Source of the DNA: Trueperaceae bacterium
Lineage (GTDB): Bacteria > Deinococcota > Deinococci > Deinococcales > Trueperaceae
Length of the DNA stretch: 64,000 nt
Direction: 5' to 3'
Assembly (NCBI GenBank): GCA_034520945.1
Contig: JAXHNB010000002.1
Coordinates: forward strand, 128,001-192,000
The notes beneath the pieces are model-generated. The model ran no database searches and was not told the origin of the DNA. It worked only from the letters and a program-made list of their open reading frames with translations. The position numbers and the translations under genes are program-made. Shown here piece after piece: positions 60,815 to 64,000 of this stretch (position 1 is the first letter of the stretch; every line of letters begins with the position of its first letter).

Positions 60815-60935
60815 ACCGGTTCGCGGTGCGGCCAGCCCGTGCGGCTGCTTGACCCGAAGGGGCCCGACCGCATAGATTGGCAGGCGCACGTAGCAAGCAC
60901 AGACCATCGTCTCGTACTCATAGAGAGGACGCATC

Positions 60936-61907
60936 GTGAAACGACTTCTTCTGTCCGTGTTCGCCGTGGCCGCGTTCGGTTTGACGGCCGCCTTCGCCCA
61001 AGAGACCCCCTCCGGCGTGCAGTGCATCGCGCCGTCCGACCCCGGGGGCGGCTGGGACATGACCTGCCGTAGCATCGCGCCCGTCCTGACCGACCTCGGC
61101 CTGGTGGACGGCCAGATCCAAGCCCAGAACATGGCCGGCGCGGGCGGCGGCGTGGCGTACGCGCACGTCGTGGCCCAGCAGGAAGGCAACGAGAACCTGC
61201 TGGTCGCCGCGTCGACGGCGACGACGACACGCCTGGCGCAGGGCCAGTTCGAAGGCTTCACCGCCGACGACGTGCGGTGGGTCGCCGCGGTCGGCGCCGA
61301 CTACGGCGTGATCGGCGTGGCGCCCGACAGCCCGCACGATTCGATCAACGACCTGATGGACGCCTGGAGCGAGGATCCCGCCGCGCTGACCGTCGTGGGC
61401 GGCTCCGCCGTGGGCGGCTGGGACCACCTCAAGGTCCTGCTGGCCGCGCAGGCCGCCGGCGTCGAGGACGTCGAGCAGATCCAGTACGTGTCGTTCTCCA
61501 GCGGCGGTCAGGCCATCATCGAGATCGTCGGCGGCCGCGCCGACGTGTTCACCGGCGACGCTTCGGAGGCGCTGCCGCAGGTCGAGTCGGGCAACCTGAA
61601 GGTGCTGGCCGTGCTGGCCGAAGAGCGCCTCGACGAGCCGCTGGCCGACGTGCCCACCGCACAGGAGCAGGGCATCGACGTGATCGGCGCCAACTGGCGC
61701 GGCTTCTACGTCCCCGCGGGCATCAGCGACGCGCGCTACCAGTACTGGGCCGACGCGTTCGAGGAGCTCGAGGCGTCCGAGCAGTACCAGGAGATCCGCG
61801 AGCAGAACGCCATGGCGCCGTTCGCGCGCTTCGGGGACGAGATGGAGACGTTCGTCCGCGACCAGGTCGACGACATCGAGGAACTCTCCGCCCGCATCGG
61901 CGAGTAG
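60936..61907 (+). CDS. tctC: Tripartite tricarboxylate transporter substrate-binding protein
   Basis: Signal peptide ending AFAQ; CIAP..PGGGWD.TCR, N..GAGG, GGS..G.WDH, VPT..EQG and NWRG motifs. Confidence 0.93.
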   Translation: MKRLLLSVFAVAAFGLTAAFAQETPSGVQCIAPSDPGGGWDMTCRSIAPVLTDLGLVDGQIQAQNMAGAGGGVAYAHVVAQQEGNENLLVAASTATTTRLAQGQFEGFTADDVRWVAAVGADYGVIGVAPDSPHDSINDLMDAWSEDPAALTVVGGSAVGGWDHLKVLLAAQAAGVEDVEQIQYVSFSSGGQAIIEIVGGRADVFTGDASEALPQVESGNLKVLAVLAEERLDEPLADVPTAQEQGIDVIGANWRGFYVPAGISDARYQYWADAFEELEASEQYQEIREQNAMAPFARFGDEMETFVRDQVDDIEELSARIGE

Positions 61908-62026
61908 CGCCGACACCGTTCCTTCCGTCGACGTGAGCAGGGGCGCACCGTGCGCCCCTGCCCGTCTCGCGGCCGCCGCGCATCATGCGTCTCCGGCGGC
62001 CGGGTCCGAAGGGGGCCGATCCCGAC

Positions 62027-62467
62027 ATGAGCGACCGGATCGCCGGGGGCGTCACGATCGCGATCGCCGTCGCGTTCATGGCCTTGGCGTTCACCTTCCG
62101 GGCGGGCCGCTTCAGCGACCCGCTGGGCGCGCGGTTCGTGCCCATCGCCATCGGCGTGCTCGTGATCGCGGCGTGCGTGGCGCTGCTGGTCAAGCCCCGC
62201 ACGACCACGACGTGGCCCGAAGCGCCGACGTGGGCCCGTTTGGCGCTCTGCCTTGTCGCGTTCGTGGCGTACGGGTACATGTTGGTGCCGCTCGGCTTCA
62301 TCGTGGCCACCACGCTCGCATTCGCATTGTTCGCGCTCCTGTTCCGCGGCCCGCCGCTCCGTTCGGTGGTGGCGGCCGTTCTATTCTCGGTCGCGGCGTA
62401 CGCGTTGTTCTCTATGGCGCTGGACCTGTATCTTCCGACCGGACGGCTCTTCGAGGGGTGGTTCTGA
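62027..62467 (+). CDS. tctB: Tripartite tricarboxylate transporter small membrane subunit
   Basis: Four to five TM helices; DPLG.R..P, LGFI.AT and L...LP.G motifs; lies between tctC and tctA. Confidence 0.9.
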   Translation: MSDRIAGGVTIAIAVAFMALAFTFRAGRFSDPLGARFVPIAIGVLVIAACVALLVKPRTTTTWPEAPTWARLALCLVAFVAYGYMLVPLGFIVATTLAFALFALLFRGPPLRSVVAAVLFSVAAYALFSMALDLYLPTGRLFEGWF

Positions 62468-64000
62468 GTGGAGGTCCTGTCCTCTCTCCTGGGTGGCTTC
62501 CAGACCGCCATGTCGCCCGGCAATCTGCTGTTCGCGTTCTTCGGGGTGTTCATCGGCACCGTGATCGGCATGCTGCCCGGCATCGGGCCGATCAACGGCA
62601 TCGCCATCCTGATCCCCATCACCTTCGCGTTGGAGATCGACCCGACCACCATGATGATCCTGTTCGCGGGGATCTATTACGGTTCGCAGTACGGCAATTC
62701 GATCAGCACCATCCTGCTGAACGTGCCCGGCACCGCCTCGTCGGTCGCGACCGCGCTGGACGGGTACCCGATGGCGCGCAAGGGGCGCGCCGGTCCGGCG
62801 CTGGCGATGTCGGCCATCGCGTCGTTCATCGGCGGCACGCTGGCGATCTTCGGGCTCGCCTTCCTGGCGCCCCTGCTGGCGCAGTGGGCCATCCGCTTCG
62901 GGCCGGCGGAGTACTTCGTGCTGATCGTGTTCACGTTCACCACCATCTCGGCCCTCACCGGCAAGCACTTCGTGAAGGGGCTCATCGCGACCGGCATCGG
63001 GCTGATGCTGGCGACGATCGGCTTGGATCCCGGCACCGGCATCCCGCGCTACACCTTCGGGATGATGCCGCTGTTCGACGGGATCGACTTCGTCTCGGCC
63101 ACGATCGGGTTGTTCGCCGTCGCCGAGGTGTTCCTCATGCTCGAGACCACGAGCGCCGGAGAACAGGTCACCCAAAAGGTGGGCCGCGCGATGATCAGCG
63201 CCAAGGAGTTCGCGACCAGCTTCTGGGTGATGATCCGCAGCGCCGTCACCGGATTCTTCGTCGGCGTCCTGCCGGGCGCGGGGGCGACGATCGCCGCGTT
63301 CCTCGCCTACGCCAACGAGCAACGCTGGCTGGACAAGGAAGGCACCTTCGGCGAAGGTGACATTCGCGGCGTCGCCGCCCCCGAAGCGGCCAACAACGCC
63401 GCCGTGTCGGGCGCGATGATTCCGCTGCTGACGCTCGGAGTGCCCGGCAGCGGCACCACCGCCGTGATCCTGGCGGCGCTGCTGGCCCTGAACCTGAACC
63501 CCGGTCCCTTGTTCATTTCGCAGCAGCCGGACCTGTTCTGGGGGTTGGTCGCCTCGATGTACATCGGCAACGTGATGCTGCTGATCCTGAATTTGCCGAT
63601 GGTCGGCCTGTTCATCCGCATCCTGCTGGTGCCGCGTTGGGTCCTGGTGCCCTCCGTGGCGGTGATCGGCTACGTCGCCGTGTATTCGGTGAACGGCTCC
63701 GTGTTCGACCTGATGGTGATGACGGCCCTGGGCGTGCTCGGGTACCTGATGCGCAAGATGAGCTACCCGGTCGCGCCGGTGATCCTGGCGTTGGTGCTGG
63801 GGCCGATGATGGAGACCAACCTGCGGCGTGCCCTCTCGCTGGCGCAGGGCGACGCGTCCGTCCTGTACGGGTCCGGCATCGCCATCGTGCTGTGGGTGAT
63901 GGTGGCGGGCTCGATCCTGCTGCCGATTCTCACCAAGCGAACCCCCGTCGCCACGCTCGGCCCGAAGGACAAGGGTCGCCAAGGAGACGGCGGGCCGCCC
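62468..64000 (+). CDS. tctA: Tripartite tricarboxylate transporter large permease (runs off the window edge)
   Basis: Hand translation from GTG 62468: GT.IGMLPGIGP, YYGSQYG, N.PG, LDGYPMARKG, LPGAG, GVAAPEAANNA, PLLTLG.PG. No stop codon before 64000. Confidence 0.95.
   Translation, partial: MEVLSSLLGGFQTAMSPGNLLFAFFGVFIGTVIGMLPGIGPINGIAILIPITFALEIDPTTMMILFAGIYYGSQYGNSISTILLNVPGTASSVATALDGYPMARKGRAGPALAMSAIASFIGGTLAIFGLAFLAPLLAQWAIRFGPAEYFVLIVFTFTTISALTGKHFVKGLIATGIGLMLATIGLDPGTGIPRYTFGMMPLFDGIDFVSATIGLFAVAEVFLMLETTSAGEQVTQKVGRAMISAKEFATSFWVMIRSAVTGFFVGVLPGAGATIAAFLAYANEQRWLDKEGTFGEGDIRGVAAPEAANNAAVSGAMIPLLTLGVPGSGTTAVILAALLALNLNPGPLFISQQPDLFWGLVASMYIGNVMLLILNLPMVGLFIRILLVPRWVLVPSVAVIGYVAVYSVNGSVFDLMVMTALGVLGYLMRKMSYPVAPVILALVLGPMMETNLRRALSLAQGDASVLYGSGIAIVLWVMVAGSILLPILTKRTPVATLGPKDKGRQGDGGPP

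Overview
High-GC bacterial chromosomal window with dense coding and no rRNA, tRNA or CRISPR array. Signal peptides ending in A-x-A-Q, acidic exported proteins and a V/A-type ATPase suggest Deinococcota (Trueperaceae-like), possibly from a saline habitat; this is inference only. From left to right it contains: a group 3b (sulfhydrogenase-type) [NiFe]-hydrogenase operon cut by the left edge; ppsA; a universal stress protein; a complete 9-gene V/A-ATPase operon; nitroreductase-moeA; an MMPL transporter; a flavoprotein, DmpA and a HAD hydrolase; an orphan N-ATPase atpR-like gene beside an IS5 remnant; an IclR-SDR-peptide/nickel-family ABC cluster; a myo-inositol catabolic cluster (iolDGEC divergent from iolB-aldolase); a decayed SDR and vapBC; a macrodomain gene; a four-gene exported copper/heme operon; GST; a second ABC cluster with an internally deleted dipeptidase; a THUMP methyltransferase; an ERCC4 nuclease-wHTH fusion; a lipoprotein; a His-motif membrane protein; a GAF/MsrC-like gene; and tctCBA cut by the right edge. 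The best candidate for an undescribed system is the operon at 44007-47586: a type-1 cupredoxin, a His-rich beta-propeller, a cytochrome c-cupredoxin fusion and a His-rich cupredoxin-fold protein, all with Sec-type signal peptides. It looks like a periplasmic copper redox enzyme encoded with its own electron carriers and chaperone. Six single-base frameshifts, mostly in short base runs, probably reflect sequencing error. All calls come from reading motifs by eye; no searches were run.
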